Shown piece by piece: positions 1 through 10,245 of a stretch of 64,000 nt of DNA. Within the stretch, counting starts at the first letter, position 1. Every line of letters begins with the position of its first letter. This stretch comes from Escherichia coli (GTDB taxonomy: Bacteria; Pseudomonadota; Gammaproteobacteria; Enterobacterales; Enterobacteriaceae): the NCBI RefSeq assembly GCF_003334785.1, contig NZ_QOWV01000002.1; one strand, written 5' to 3'. Under the pieces are notes generated by a model. It was not told where the DNA came from, ran no database searches, and saw only the letters and a list, made by a program, of their open reading frames with translations. The position numbers and the translations under genes are program-made.

Positions 1-66
1 GAGAGAAGATTTTCAGCCTGATACAGATTAAATCAGAACGCAGAAGCGGTCTGATAAAACAGAATT
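1..66 (+). other. 3' flank of 23S rRNA / 23S-5S internal spacer (partial rrn operon at window edge)
   Basis: Lies immediately 5' of a canonical 5S rRNA and has no coding potential; typical rrn distal architecture. Exact 23S end not determinable from the window. Confidence 0.6.
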
Positions 67-186
67 TGCCTGGCGGCCGTAGCGCGGTGGTCCCACCTGA
101 CCCCATGCCGAACTCAGAAGTGAAACGCCGTAGCGCCGATGGTAGTGTGGGGTCTCCCCATGCGAGAGTAGGGAACTGCCAGGCAT
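67..186 (+). rRNA. rrf: 5S ribosomal RNA
   Basis: 120-nt sequence TGCCTGGCGGCCGTAGCGCGGTGGTCCCACCTGACCCCATGCCGAACTCAGAAGTGAAACGCCGTAGCGCCGATGGTAGTGTGGGGTCTCCCCATGCGAGAGTAGGGAACTGCCAGGCAT matches enterobacterial 5S rRNA as recalled. Confidence 0.97.
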
Positions 187-200
187 CAAATTATGCGAAA

Positions 201-226
201 GGCCATCCTGACGGATGGCCTTTTTG
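201..226 (+). terminator. rrn operon intrinsic terminator
   Basis: 8-bp GC-rich stem GGCCATCC/GGATGGCC with loop TGAC, followed by TTTTT. Confidence 0.85.
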
Positions 227-509
227 CATTGGCGCAGAAAAAAATGCCTGATGCGACGCTGCGCGTCTTATACTCCCACATATGCCAGATTCAGCAACGG
301 ATACGGCTTCCCCAACTTGCCCACTTCCATACGTGTCCTCCTTACCAGAAATTTATCCTTAAGCTCCTCAATAACCATTTTCCTGCTAACTAAATTCATG
401 GTTAAGGTTGCATAATGATATGCAACAAATGTATAACATTTCCTTTACCAAAAAAAATAAACAAAAGCGACCGACAAAAGCATCGGATTACGGCAGGAGA
501 CATAATGGC

Positions 510-1808
510 ATGGCTGAAAGTACTGTAACGGCAGACAGCAAACTGACAAGTAGTGATACTCGTCGCCGCATTTGGGCGATTGTGGGGGCCTCTTCAGGTA
601 ATCTGGTCGAGTGGTTCGATTTCTATGTCTACTCGTTCTGTTCACTCTACTTTGCCCACATCTTCTTCCCTTCCGGGAACACGACGACTCAACTACTACA
701 AACAGCAGGTGTTTTTGCTGCGGGATTCCTGATGCGCCCAATAGGCGGTTGGCTATTTGGCCGCATAGCCGATAAACATGGTCGCAAAAAATCGATGCTG
801 TTATCGGTGTGTATGATGTGTTTCGGATCGCTGGTTATCGCCTGCCTCCCAGGTTATGAAACTATAGGTACGTGGGCTCCGGCATTATTGCTTCTCGCTC
901 GTTTATTTCAGGGATTATCTGTTGGCGGAGAATATGGCACCAGCGCCACCTATATGAGTGAAGTTGCCGTTGAAGGGCGCAAAGGTTTTTACGCATCATT
1001 TCAGTATGTGACGTTGATCGGCGGACAACTGCTAGCCCTACTGGTTGTCGTGGTTTTACAACACACCATGGAAGACGCTGCACTCAGAGAGTGGGGATGG
1101 CGTATTCCTTTCGCGTTAGGAGCTGTGTTAGCTGTTGTGGCGTTGTGGTTACGTCGTCAGTTAGATGAAACTTCGCAACAAGAAACGCGCGCTTTAAAAG
1201 AAGCTGGATCTCTGAAAGGATTATGGCGCAATCGCCGTGCATTCATCATGGTTCTCGGTTTTACCGCTGCGGGCTCCCTTTGTTTCTATACCTTCACTAC
1301 TTATATGCAGAAGTATCTGGTAAATACTGCGGGAATGCATGCCAACGTGGCGAGTGGCATTATGACTGCCGCATTGTTTGTATTCATGCTTATTCAACCA
1401 CTCATTGGCGCGCTGTCGGATAAGATTGGTCGCCGTACCTCAATGTTATGTTTCGGTTCGCTGGCAGCCATTTTTACCGTTCCTATTCTCTCAGCATTGC
1501 AAAACGTTTCCTCGCCTTATGCCGCTTTTGGTCTGGTGATGTGTGCCCTGCTGATAGTGAGTTTTTATACATCAATCAGTGGAATACTGAAGGCTGAGAT
1601 GTTCCCGGCACAGGTTCGCGCATTAGGCGTTGGTCTGTCATATGCGGTCGCTAATGCTATATTTGGTGGTTCGGCGGAGTACGTAGCGTTGTCGCTGAAA
1701 TCAATAGGAATGGAAACAGCCTTCTTCTGGTATGTGACCTTGATGGCCGTGGTGGCGTTTCTGGTTTCTTTGATGCTACATCGCAAAGGGAAGGGGATGC
1801 GTCTTTAG
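510..1808 (+). CDS. kgtP: alpha-ketoglutarate:H+ symporter (MFS)
   Basis: 432-aa product [11 protein letters not shown]... with MFS motifs; AGGAGA Shine-Dalgarno about 10 nt upstream. The ORF-track start at 408 is an upstream over-extension. Confidence 0.93.
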
Positions 1809-2128
1809 TGACGGGTCAGTTGCCAGACGGTATAGCCGGTGCTTGCACCGGCGACATCCCAGGCCAAATCCTTCCAGCTCCAGCCGCTCCCTTCGGGGCG
1901 GCTATCCCAAAGCTCTTTTGACGCCCCCAAACTGACAGAGAACATCAATCCAAACATGGCACTGCGATCCCGGCTCATCCCCTGATGCTGTGAATATTCA
2001 TTTCCGGCGGCGGAAAGCATCGCCGAGGCGATAAAGTGTTGAGCTTTATCCTGCCCGCTCCAGCTATCGTTAGCCATATGGCTGCATCCAGAAAGTAACA
2101 ATAGCGAACAGACAAAAAGAATACGCAA
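1805..2128 (-). CDS. yfiM: small lipoprotein YfiM
   Basis: 107 aa from a TTG start preceded by GGAGG ([15 protein letters not shown]... lipobox LSGC). The track ORF begins 7 codons upstream, also at TTG. 4-bp overlap with the kgtP stop. Confidence 0.8.
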
Positions 2129-2140
2129 AACGTGGCCTCC

Positions 2141-2167
2141 AAAAAACAAACCCCGTACAGGACGGGG
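2141..2167 (-). terminator. intrinsic terminator downstream of pssA
   Basis: On the minus strand: stem CCCCGT/ACGGGG followed by TTTGTTTTTT, between the pssA stop and the yfiM start. Confidence 0.75.
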
Positions 2168-2173
2168 TTGTGA

Positions 2174-3529
2174 TTACAGGATGCGGCTAATTAATCGGTC
2201 GATGCGGATACGGCGCAAACGGCGGATGAGTTTACGAACCTTCACCGGATAATCGGCAATACTTTGCAGATCGCGATAGTGCTTAACGATGGTGGTATGC
2301 TCGCGGATCAGCTCCAGTTCTTTCTCTCGCTGTGGCGCCAGCTCAAGTTGCGGATCGTGGATCAAAATGGCGTTTTCCAGATCCAGACGCCAGGCGCGCG
2401 GGTTCAGGTTATTACCGGTGATCAACATCCACTTATCATCAACCCACATCCCTTTCAGGTGATAGGTGTTGTCGTCATCTTTCCATAACCGAACCACTAG
2501 CTGGTCAGTATTGACGTAATACTGCAAACGGCTCAGGAAACGACGCAGATTGATCTCATAGAGATAAGGCAATGCGCCAATTATCTTGAAAGGTTCATCT
2601 TCCGGAATGTAGAAGTCATTCGCGGTTTTATCACCAACAATAATTTCGACCTTTTTCCCTTCGCGCAGCAACTGGATAATATTGCGCACAAGGATTGCTG
2701 GCAGGTTGAAGTATGGCGTACAGATGGTTAGTTTCTGCTCGGCACAAGGCATAAGATGGAAAATGGTCTTGTTCAACAGACTCGATTTCCCCAGCCCCAC
2801 TAGCGGCGTTACAGAAAGCTGATCGTTGTCGGCATCGCCCTGGAAATGATAAGCGGCATCACGCAGCTCCTGGCGGAACAGACGAATATCGTTCTTGATT
2901 TCCGGGCTTTTTGGCCGATTAACATCATCCAGACGATTAACGCCGCGGCCATTCATAATATTCTGTGTAACCCATTCAAACATAATGTCTGACATCTTAC
3001 GGTTACGGATCAGATGATAACGGTCGTAGCGATATTTATCGTGCTGATGCAGGTAAACATCGTTCAGGCTGGCACCGCTATAAAGTACGCTATCGTCGAT
3101 GATAAAGCCTTTAAAGTGCAGAACACCAAGGGCTTCACGAGTATTGATTGGAACGCCATAAACCGGAACATCTACGCCCGGATTTTCCTGCGCCATGCGG
3201 CAGTACCAGTCAGCGTTAGTGTTAGATGCCGCAGCGCCAATGCGTCCACGTTGTGCACGATGCCAGTCGACCAGCACCCGCACATCCAGTTCCGGACGCT
3301 GCCTTTTAGCCTCATACAACGCGTTCAGAATGCCTTTGCCACCGTCATCCTGTTCGAGATACAGGGCGACAATGCAAATGCGCTGCTTCGCGCTGGCTAT
3401 TTTTTCCAGCAGCGTCTCCCGGAAGTCGGCGGGAGCGTAAAAGAAATCGACATCATCAACTGATTGAGAAATCTTGGGTAGTTGGGCAAGGTGTTGTTGA
3501 TGTTTATTACGCTTAAATTTTGACAACAT
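2174..3529 (-). CDS. pssA: CDP-diacylglycerol--serine O-phosphatidyltransferase (phosphatidylserine synthase)
   Basis: 451 aa MLSKFKRNKHQQHLAQL...; PLD-like HKD-family protein matching E. coli PssA. Confidence 0.93.
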   Translation of the reverse strand: MLSKFKRNKHQQHLAQLPKISQSVDDVDFFYAPADFRETLLEKIASAKQRICIVALYLEQDDGGKGILNALYEAKRQRPELDVRVLVDWHRAQRGRIGAAASNTNADWYCRMAQENPGVDVPVYGVPINTREALGVLHFKGFIIDDSVLYSGASLNDVYLHQHDKYRYDRYHLIRNRKMSDIMFEWVTQNIMNGRGVNRLDDVNRPKSPEIKNDIRLFRQELRDAAYHFQGDADNDQLSVTPLVGLGKSSLLNKTIFHLMPCAEQKLTICTPYFNLPAILVRNIIQLLREGKKVEIIVGDKTANDFYIPEDEPFKIIGALPYLYEINLRRFLSRLQYYVNTDQLVVRLWKDDDNTYHLKGMWVDDKWMLITGNNLNPRAWRLDLENAILIHDPQLELAPQREKELELIREHTTIVKHYRDLQSIADYPVKVRKLIRRLRRIRIDRLISRIL

Positions 3530-3642
3530 CACAGTGCATTTCTTCTCTGTTCATTGAAGGGTCCTCTGTGCAATGCAGACGACATAAGCGGGCAATAATA
3601 ACACCAGTCCCGATTAAGTGGTCAACATTTCCAGTACCTTAC

Positions 3643-6303
3643 TCATGATTCCTCGCGCTGGGCAAGATTTAGCGTAAGCCCAACGATCCCCTCTTCGAGC
3701 TGGATATCAACGTTAAACCCGAGCTTGCGGGCTAGCGCCACCATGCCACGATTGTTTGGCATCGTAATACCATTCAGACGTTGTAGTCCGTGATCTCGCG
3801 TATAGGTAATCAACTTTTCCATTAAGCGTCGACCTAAGCCTAACCCTTTGAGATCCGAGCGAACCAGTACAGCAAATTCGGCATCGATGTTATCAGGATC
3901 GGAAATCGCACGCGTGACGCCGAGGATCTCTTCCGTTTGATCAATACGTCGTACCGCTACAAACGCCATTTCCCGATCGTAGTCGATCTGTGTCATGTTG
4001 GCTAAATCTTCATGGGTAAATTCGTTGATCTCGCTAAAGTAGCGGTAATAAAGATCTTCTTTGGTGACTCGCGAAATGAATTGCTGAAGTTGTGGCTCAT
4101 CTTCTGGCAAAATCGGGCGGAACAAGCAGCGTTCACCGTTTTTCAATTCTACCCATTCTTCCAGCTGATGCGGATAAGGGCGCACTGCCAGCCGACTCTC
4201 GTTATCGCCTTCAAACGGCGAGATATCCAGCGTGACATCCAGCGCGGTAAATTCACTGCCAGAAGCCAGCAAAGGATGAATATCCAGACGCTGAATTTCC
4301 GGGCAATCGACAATCAAGTTGGAAACCTGCACCAGAAGCTGGCTCAAGCCTGCAACATCCAATGGGCGTAGCGCACTGCGCGCACGAATCTTTTTACTTT
4401 TGATCCCCTGAATAACCAGATAGCGGGCCAGGTTCATGTTCAGCGGCGGCAGTGCGACGACGGCTTGATCTTCAGGACGCCACTCCACACCGCCTTCACC
4501 CAGCATGATCAACGGCCCGAAAACCGGATCGTGCTCAACCACAACCCGCAACTCCTGAGCGCCAGCACGGTTAGCCATACTTTGCACCAACAGGCCGTGG
4601 ACCCGCGCCTGTGGCCAGGCCATTTTTACGCGATCGAAAATAGCGTTCGCCGCTTGCTGGACTTCATTGGCTGTACGCAGGTAAAGCATGACGCCCTGAA
4701 CTTCCGATTTATGTGGAATATCCGGCGAACGCAATTTCAGCGCCACCGGATAACCAATCTGTTCGGCAATATGCACCGCTTCGGTGCTATCGCTGGCAAT
4801 CCAGGTAGGGAGCGTGTTCATGCCATACGCTTGCAGGATGGGCTGAACTTCATGGGTATCGAGCGACGTAGCCCCTTCGGCAATCGCCTGTTGCAACAGA
4901 AGATGCGCTTCTGCGGTATTGGAAGTCAGATTGCTGGGCAACGCCGGCGTTTCGCGTAGTTGCTTCTGATTACGCCGGTACTCCACCATATGCATAAAAG
5001 CAGTGATGGTTCCTTCCGGGGTACGGTAGGTCGGCAGCCCGGCTTCGCTGAATAAACGTCGTGCCTCTTGCGAGGAGTGCTCGCCGCACCAGTTCGTCAG
5101 CAAAGAGACATATTTGCTGCGGGGATGATGCTTTACCGCTTCAATTAATACTTGCGCGCTTTCTGTTGCGGGAGCAGCGGCGCTGGGCGAATGAATAACC
5201 ATCAGCGCGTCAAAATCCTGGCTGTGGAGCAGAATATCCAGCGTTTTAATATAGTGCTCACTGCTGGCGTCATCGCGTAGATCGAGCGGGTTAGATATTG
5301 CCACATGTTCTGGCAGTGCATCGCGCAGTTTCTGGCAGGTTTCTTCGCTTAGCGTTGCCAGCTTGCCATTGCGTGACCATAAGGCATCCAGCGCCAGCGC
5401 GGCAGGCGCAGCACCGTTGCTGATAATCATCAGCCGGTCGCCACGTAGCGGGCGCATATGGCTAAGGGTTTCCACCGCCGAAAACAGCTCGTGGGTGTCC
5501 TGTACCCGCAACAAACCGGCACGCTGAATAGCCGCATCCCATGCCGGGTCCATTCCTGCCGTCGTGTTGAGCAGTCGCTGTGCCGCCGGGCTACGTCCGC
5601 TTTTAATCACCAGAATCGGTTTATTACGCGAGGCACTACGGGCCGCCGAAACAAAGCGTCGCGCGTCGCTTAACTGTTCGAGATAGAGCAGGATGGCGCT
5701 GGTTTTACTGTCGCGTGCCAGATAGTCAAGCAATTCATCAACGTCGATATCCAGGCTGTCGCCGAGCGCAATAAAGTAGGAAAAGCCCATCTTACGCTGT
5801 TGCGCCCAGTCGAGGATGGTGTTGGAGACGGCAGCCGATTGCGAAATAAACGCCAGCTTGCCGCGTTTAATCGGCACAGGCGAAAAGCTGGCATTCAGAC
5901 CTTGCCAGGGAGCCAGTAAACCCAGACTGTTTGGTCCAAGCAGGCGCATGTTATGGCGCAGGGCGCAGGCGCGGAGATCTTCGTGTTGCGATGCCGGGGC
6001 GGAAAGAATAATGCAGGTTTTACAGCCTTTCTCGCCGAGCTCTTCCAGAAGAGCAAGATTACGGCTGGCATTGGTACATAAAACCGCAAGGTCGGGTGTA
6101 AAGGGCAAGCTGGCAATATCCGGCCAGGCCAACACACCCAACACCGCTTTCCAGGCTGGCGTCACCGGGAGTACCGGTCCGTTAAAGCCTCCCGCCAGCA
6201 GGTTACGCATCATCAGGTAACCTGCGCGATTGGGTTTCATCGACGCGCCAATTACCGCTATCGATTTTGGTCGCAGTAGTGCTTCCAGTCCTCGCTGACT
6301 CAT
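3643..6303 (-). CDS. patZ: protein lysine acetyltransferase (NDP-forming acyl-CoA synthetase-like domain fused to C-terminal GNAT domain)
   Basis: 886 aa; N-terminal CoA-binding/ATP-grasp region and C-terminal GNAT acetyltransferase region; matches YfiQ/Pka. Confidence 0.92.
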   Translation of the reverse strand: MSQRGLEALLRPKSIAVIGASMKPNRAGYLMMRNLLAGGFNGPVLPVTPAWKAVLGVLAWPDIASLPFTPDLAVLCTNASRNLALLEELGEKGCKTCIILSAPASQHEDLRACALRHNMRLLGPNSLGLLAPWQGLNASFSPVPIKRGKLAFISQSAAVSNTILDWAQQRKMGFSYFIALGDSLDIDVDELLDYLARDSKTSAILLYLEQLSDARRFVSAARSASRNKPILVIKSGRSPAAQRLLNTTAGMDPAWDAAIQRAGLLRVQDTHELFSAVETLSHMRPLRGDRLMIISNGAAPAALALDALWSRNGKLATLSEETCQKLRDALPEHVAISNPLDLRDDASSEHYIKTLDILLHSQDFDALMVIHSPSAAAPATESAQVLIEAVKHHPRSKYVSLLTNWCGEHSSQEARRLFSEAGLPTYRTPEGTITAFMHMVEYRRNQKQLRETPALPSNLTSNTAEAHLLLQQAIAEGATSLDTHEVQPILQAYGMNTLPTWIASDSTEAVHIAEQIGYPVALKLRSPDIPHKSEVQGVMLYLRTANEVQQAANAIFDRVKMAWPQARVHGLLVQSMANRAGAQELRVVVEHDPVFGPLIMLGEGGVEWRPEDQAVVALPPLNMNLARYLVIQGIKSKKIRARSALRPLDVAGLSQLLVQVSNLIVDCPEIQRLDIHPLLASGSEFTALDVTLDISPFEGDNESRLAVRPYPHQLEEWVELKNGERCLFRPILPEDEPQLQQFISRVTKEDLYYRYFSEINEFTHEDLANMTQIDYDREMAFVAVRRIDQTEEILGVTRAISDPDNIDAEFAVLVRSDLKGLGLGRRLMEKLITYTRDHGLQRLNGITMPNNRGMVALARKLGFNVDIQLEEGIVGLTLNLAQREES

Positions 6304-6334
6304 ACCGGTCTCCCGCAGAAGTGACCGAATGATT

Positions 6335-7033
6335 TTAAACGCTTTCTAACTGTTCTGCTGTGATGCTACCCAGATGTTGCGTTTTTCCTGCCAGATAGCG
6401 TGTTTTAAAGCGGGTAAAATGCTCGCCTAACCCTGCCGCCGCCCCGGTATCGCCGGCCATATCTAACAGTGCGATGGCTACCTCGGCAGTACAATATTGG
6501 CCTTCAGCCTGGGCTTCACGCAGGCGATAGGCAGAAAGCCGGGAAAGATCGACGGAAATGACGGGAAGATTATCCAGATACGGACTTTTACGAAACATCT
6601 TGCGAGCTTCCGGCCAGGTACCATCGAGCATGATAAACAGCGGTGGCTTACCGGCAGGTGGTGTGAAGATCACTTCCCGTTGCTCATCAGCATACGAAGC
6701 GGGAAAGACCACCATTGGCTGATAGTCCGGGTTTTGCACCAACTCCAGCAAATCCTGCGAGGGTTCGGTACGCGACCATTGAAACGCAACGGTATCAGGC
6801 AAAATATCAGCAATGAGACGCCCGGTATTACTGGGCTTCATTGGCTCGGTGTCGAACATCAGCAAACAGAAGCGACTTTTTGCTTGTGCTGGGGTAATTG
6901 TCGAACAGAGACATAATTTCTCTGGCAAAAGACAGCGTTGGCAGCGACGAACGCGATTACCGCGGGCAAGAAAAGGACGTGTTGCGCGCGCAATACGCTC
7001 GGCGCGTAACTGGAGAACAGCGTTTTCGGTCAT
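6335..7033 (-). CDS. tapT: tRNA-uridine aminocarboxypropyltransferase (DTW domain protein)
   Basis: 232 aa from internal start MTENAVLQLRA...; cysteine-rich DTW-type N-terminus (CQRCLLPEKLCLC). The track ORF has a 17-codon upstream extension. Confidence 0.8.
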   Translation of the reverse strand: MTENAVLQLRAERIARATRPFLARGNRVRRCQRCLLPEKLCLCSTITPAQAKSRFCLLMFDTEPMKPSNTGRLIADILPDTVAFQWSRTEPSQDLLELVQNPDYQPMVVFPASYADEQREVIFTPPAGKPPLFIMLDGTWPEARKMFRKSPYLDNLPVISVDLSRLSAYRLREAQAEGQYCTAEVAIALLDMAGDTGAAAGLGEHFTRFKTRYLAGKTQHLGSITAEQLESV

Positions 7034-7101
7034 AAGAGAGCGTCGAAAAAACGCCATTGTCGCAGAGGAGAAAACGGGGCACAAGATGCGCCCCGGTAAG
7101 A

Positions 7102-7521
7102 TTAAAGAGATTCGTTCAGCCAGCTATCGAACGGCGCTTTCGGTACTGCGCCATTAAGCATGTCGACAACCTGACCGTTTTTGAAAATCATGATCGTCGG
7201 TATACTACGAATTCCAAAGCGACTGCTCAATTCACGTTCAGCTTCGGTATTCACTTTCACAAAGCGCACTTTACCGCTACGCTCTTGCGCGACATCTTCA
7301 AAAATTGGTGCGAAATTACGGCAGGGGCCGCACCACGGTGCCCAGAAGTCGATCACCACAGGTAGATCATCCTTCAGCAATTTGTCGAGTGTTTCACCGG
7401 TCGCATTAATCACCTCTCCGTCAAACAAGTCGTGACCGCAGCGTCCGCATTTTGCCGCATCTTCGATCCGATCGTCGGGAATGCGATTGATGGCCTGACA
7501 ATGGGTACAAACGGTATTCAT
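7102..7521 (-). CDS. trxC: thioredoxin 2
   Basis: 139 aa; N-terminal zinc-finger cysteines (CTHCQ...CGRCG) plus WCGPC active site. Confidence 0.95.
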
Positions 7522-7727
7522 AACTAACCTCGGGATGAGTAAGGAGACTTATCGGCAACGACGCCGGTATGTTTCTAATATGTTACATATTATCGGGGAC
7601 ATTGTTCCAGACAACAATCTGTTTTATTCAATAGGTATGATAGTCGCAGGCTTTGGTACGAAATCATGGCGAACCGCGCGGACTTCGGGTAATCTGCGCG
7701 CTTCGCGCAGCGCTGGTGGAGAAAAGC

Positions 7728-8765
7728 ATGAACGATGAAATGAAAGGTAAAAGCGGCAAGGTCAAAGTGATGTATGTCCGCAGTGATGATGATTCTGATA
7801 AACGTACCCACAACCCGCGTACCGGGAAAGGGGGCGGGCGTCCAGGAAAATCTCGTGCTGACGGTGGCCGTCGCCCCGCCCGCGATGACAAACAGAGTCA
7901 GCCCCGTGACCGCAAGTGGGAAGATTCGCCGTGGCGCACGGTTTCCCGCGCGCCGGGTGATGAGACGCCGGAAAAGGCCGATCACGGTGGCATCAGTGGT
8001 AAAAGTTTTATTGATCCGGAAGTGTTGCGTCGTCAGCGTGCGGAAGAAACCCGCGTCTACGGCGAAAATGCATGTCAGGCACTTTTCCAGAGCCGTCCGG
8101 AAGCGATTGTTCGCGCCTGGTTTATCCAGAGTGTAACGCCGCGTTTTAAAGAAGCTTTGCGCTGGATGGCAGCAAACCGCAAAGCGTACCATGTGGTGGA
8201 TGAAGCGGAATTGACAAAAGCGTCAGGCACGGAACATCACGGCGGCGTTTGCTTCTTGATCAAAAAGCGTAACGGTACAACCGTGCAGCAGTGGGTAAGC
8301 CAGGCAGGCGCGCAGGATTGCGTTCTGGCACTGGAAAACGAATCTAACCCGCATAACCTGGGTGGCATGATGCGCAGCTGCGCGCACTTCGGCGTGAAAG
8401 GTGTCGTGGTGCAGGATGCGGCACTGCTGGAGTCGGGGGCGGCTATCCGTACCGCAGAAGGCGGCGCAGAGCACGTTCAGCCGATTACTGGCGACAACAT
8501 TGTTAACGTGCTGGATGATTTCCGTCAGGCAGGTTACACCGTAGTGACCACTTCCAGCGAGCAGGGTAAACCGCTGTTCAAAACTAGTCTGCCAGCGAAA
8601 ATGGTACTGGTGCTGGGTCAGGAATATGAAGGGTTACCGGATGCCGCACGCGATCCGAACGATCTGCGCGTGAAGATTGACGGTACGGGCAACGTTGCCG
8701 GGCTGAATATCTCTGTCGCAACCGGCGTTTTGCTTGGTGAATGGTGGCGTCAGAATAAAGCCTGA
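7728..8765 (+). CDS. yfiF: SpoU/TrmH-family RNA 2'-O-methyltransferase with basic N-terminal extension
   Basis: 345 aa from [11 protein letters not shown]...; C-terminal SpoU methylase region; Lys/Arg/Gly-rich N-terminus. Track start at 7653 is an over-extension. Confidence 0.88.
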
Positions 8766-8812
8766 TAAATCAGCCGGGTGGCAACTCTGCCATCCGGCAT
8801 TTCCCCGCAAAT

Positions 8813-9502
8813 TTACTCACTCTCTGCCGGTAATACTGGCATCCAGTCAATCGGCGTCTCGCCACGTTGTTCCAGCCACTGATTTGCCAGCACAAAATGG
8901 TTGCAGCCAAAGAATCCACGATGCGCCGAAAGCGGCGACGGATGCGGTGCTTTCAGTACATGATGGCGTTGCTTATCTATAATCGCCCCTTTCTTTTGCG
9001 CATGCGATCCCCACAACAAAAACACCACGCCTTCGCGATGCTGGTTAATCAGGCTGATCACTTTATCGGTGAAGGTTTCCCAGCCGAGGCTGGCGTGGGA
9101 ATGCGCCTGACCTGCGCGTACCGTCAACACAGTATTGAGTAGCAGAACGCCCTGACGCGCCCAGCTTTCAAGATAACCATGATTAGGGCGGGTGAAGCCC
9201 GGAATAGTATTTTCCAGCTCTTTATACATATTCAATAATGACGGAGGAATGGCAATGCCGGGACGAACGGAAAATGCCAGACCATGCGCCTGTCCCGGTC
9301 CGTGATAAGGATCCTGGCCGAGAATCACCACTTTAACGTCACCCAACTCTGTAAAGCGGAACGCGTTAAAGACATCTTTTTGTGGTGGGTAGATAGTGAC
9401 GCCGGACTGCCGCTCGCTGGCGACGGTCTGAAGGGTATTAAGAAAATAGGGTTGCTGCTTCTCTTCAGCCAGCACGTCATGCCAGGTTAATTCGTTAGCC
9501 AT
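8813..9502 (-). CDS. ung: uracil-DNA glycosylase
   Basis: 229 aa [11 protein letters not shown]...[18 protein letters not shown]; canonical UDG family-1 motifs. Confidence 0.96.
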
Positions 9503-9632
9503 CTCGCTCTCCTGCGAATCTTCAATCCGCCTAGCTTAACTGCTTCTTTCTACAGAACAAAATCATGCTCATTTTTTAGACTTAAACGAGTGCAAAAAAA
9601 TGTAAATTGGTAAAATTTCACACCCGCATAAG

Positions 9633-9646
9633 TTGATGTAAAACAA
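9633..9646. promoter_or_regulatory. FNR-type operator (distal, imperfect) upstream of grcA
   Basis: TTGAT-GTAA-AACAA, 53 bp upstream of the perfect site; the spacing fits the -93.5/-40.5 tandem FNR arrangement described for this promoter. Confidence 0.55.
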
Positions 9647-9685
9647 TAAAATCCATTTGCGACCATACTTGATGTGTGGTTTTTA

Positions 9686-9699
9686 TTGATTTAAATCAA
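9686..9699. promoter_or_regulatory. FNR-type operator (perfect TTGAT-N4-ATCAA) in grcA promoter
   Basis: TTGATTTAAATCAA, an exact palindromic FNR/CRP-family half-site pair about 110 bp upstream of the grcA start. Confidence 0.75.
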
Positions 9700-9806
9700 A
9701 GATTCAAGGGTGTTTGAGGAGTATATATACACTCAAGCAACAATGGTTTTACCAATTGGCCGCGACAGGCTGAACAAATCAAATAATTTTGCCGGGGAGG
9801 CATCAC

Positions 9807-10190
9807 ATGATTACAGGTATCCAGATTACTAAAGCCGCTAACGACGATCTGCTGAACTCTTTCTGGCTGCTGGACAGCGAAAAAGGCGAAGCGCGTTGCA
9901 TCGTTGCAAAAGCAGGTTATGCAGAAGATGAAGTGGTTGCAGTAAGCAAACTGGGTGACATTGAATACCGTGAAGTTCCAGTAGAAGTGAAACCAGAAGT
10001 TCGCGTTGAAGGTGGTCAACACCTGAACGTTAACGTTCTGCGTCGCGAAACTCTGGAAGATGCAGTTAAGCATCCGGAAAAATATCCGCAGCTGACCATC
10101 CGTGTATCCGGTTATGCAGTTCGCTTTAACTCTCTGACTCCGGAACAGCAGCGCGACGTTATCGCTCGTACCTTTACTGAAAGCCTGTAA
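9807..10190 (+). CDS. grcA: autonomous glycyl radical cofactor (stress-induced PFL spare part)
   Basis: 127 aa [16 protein letters not shown]...RVSGYAV (glycyl radical motif); GGAGG Shine-Dalgarno. Track start at 9789 is 6 codons upstream. Confidence 0.95.
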
Positions 10191-10212
10191 GGCTTAAGTA
10201 GCAAGTTACTAA

Positions 10213-10243
10213 GCGGAAGAGGGCGACCTCTTCCGCTTTTTTT
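10213..10243 (+). terminator. intrinsic terminator after grcA (possibly bidirectional with eamB)
   Basis: Stem GCGGAAGAGG/CCTCTTCCGC followed by TTTTTTT. Confidence 0.85.
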
Positions 10244-10245
10244 CG

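Noticed and set aside
193-415. Small ORFs 193-393 and 215-415 downstream of the 5S rRNA
   Set aside because: They start inside the rrn terminator and REP-like sequence, lack ribosome-binding sites, and are better explained as chance ORFs in the kgtP upstream region.
7590-8192. 200-aa minus-strand ORF overlapping the 5' part of yfiF
   Set aside because: It is antisense to yfiF and to the trxC-yfiF intergenic region; no start signals; yfiF has the conserved SpoU domain in the forward frame.
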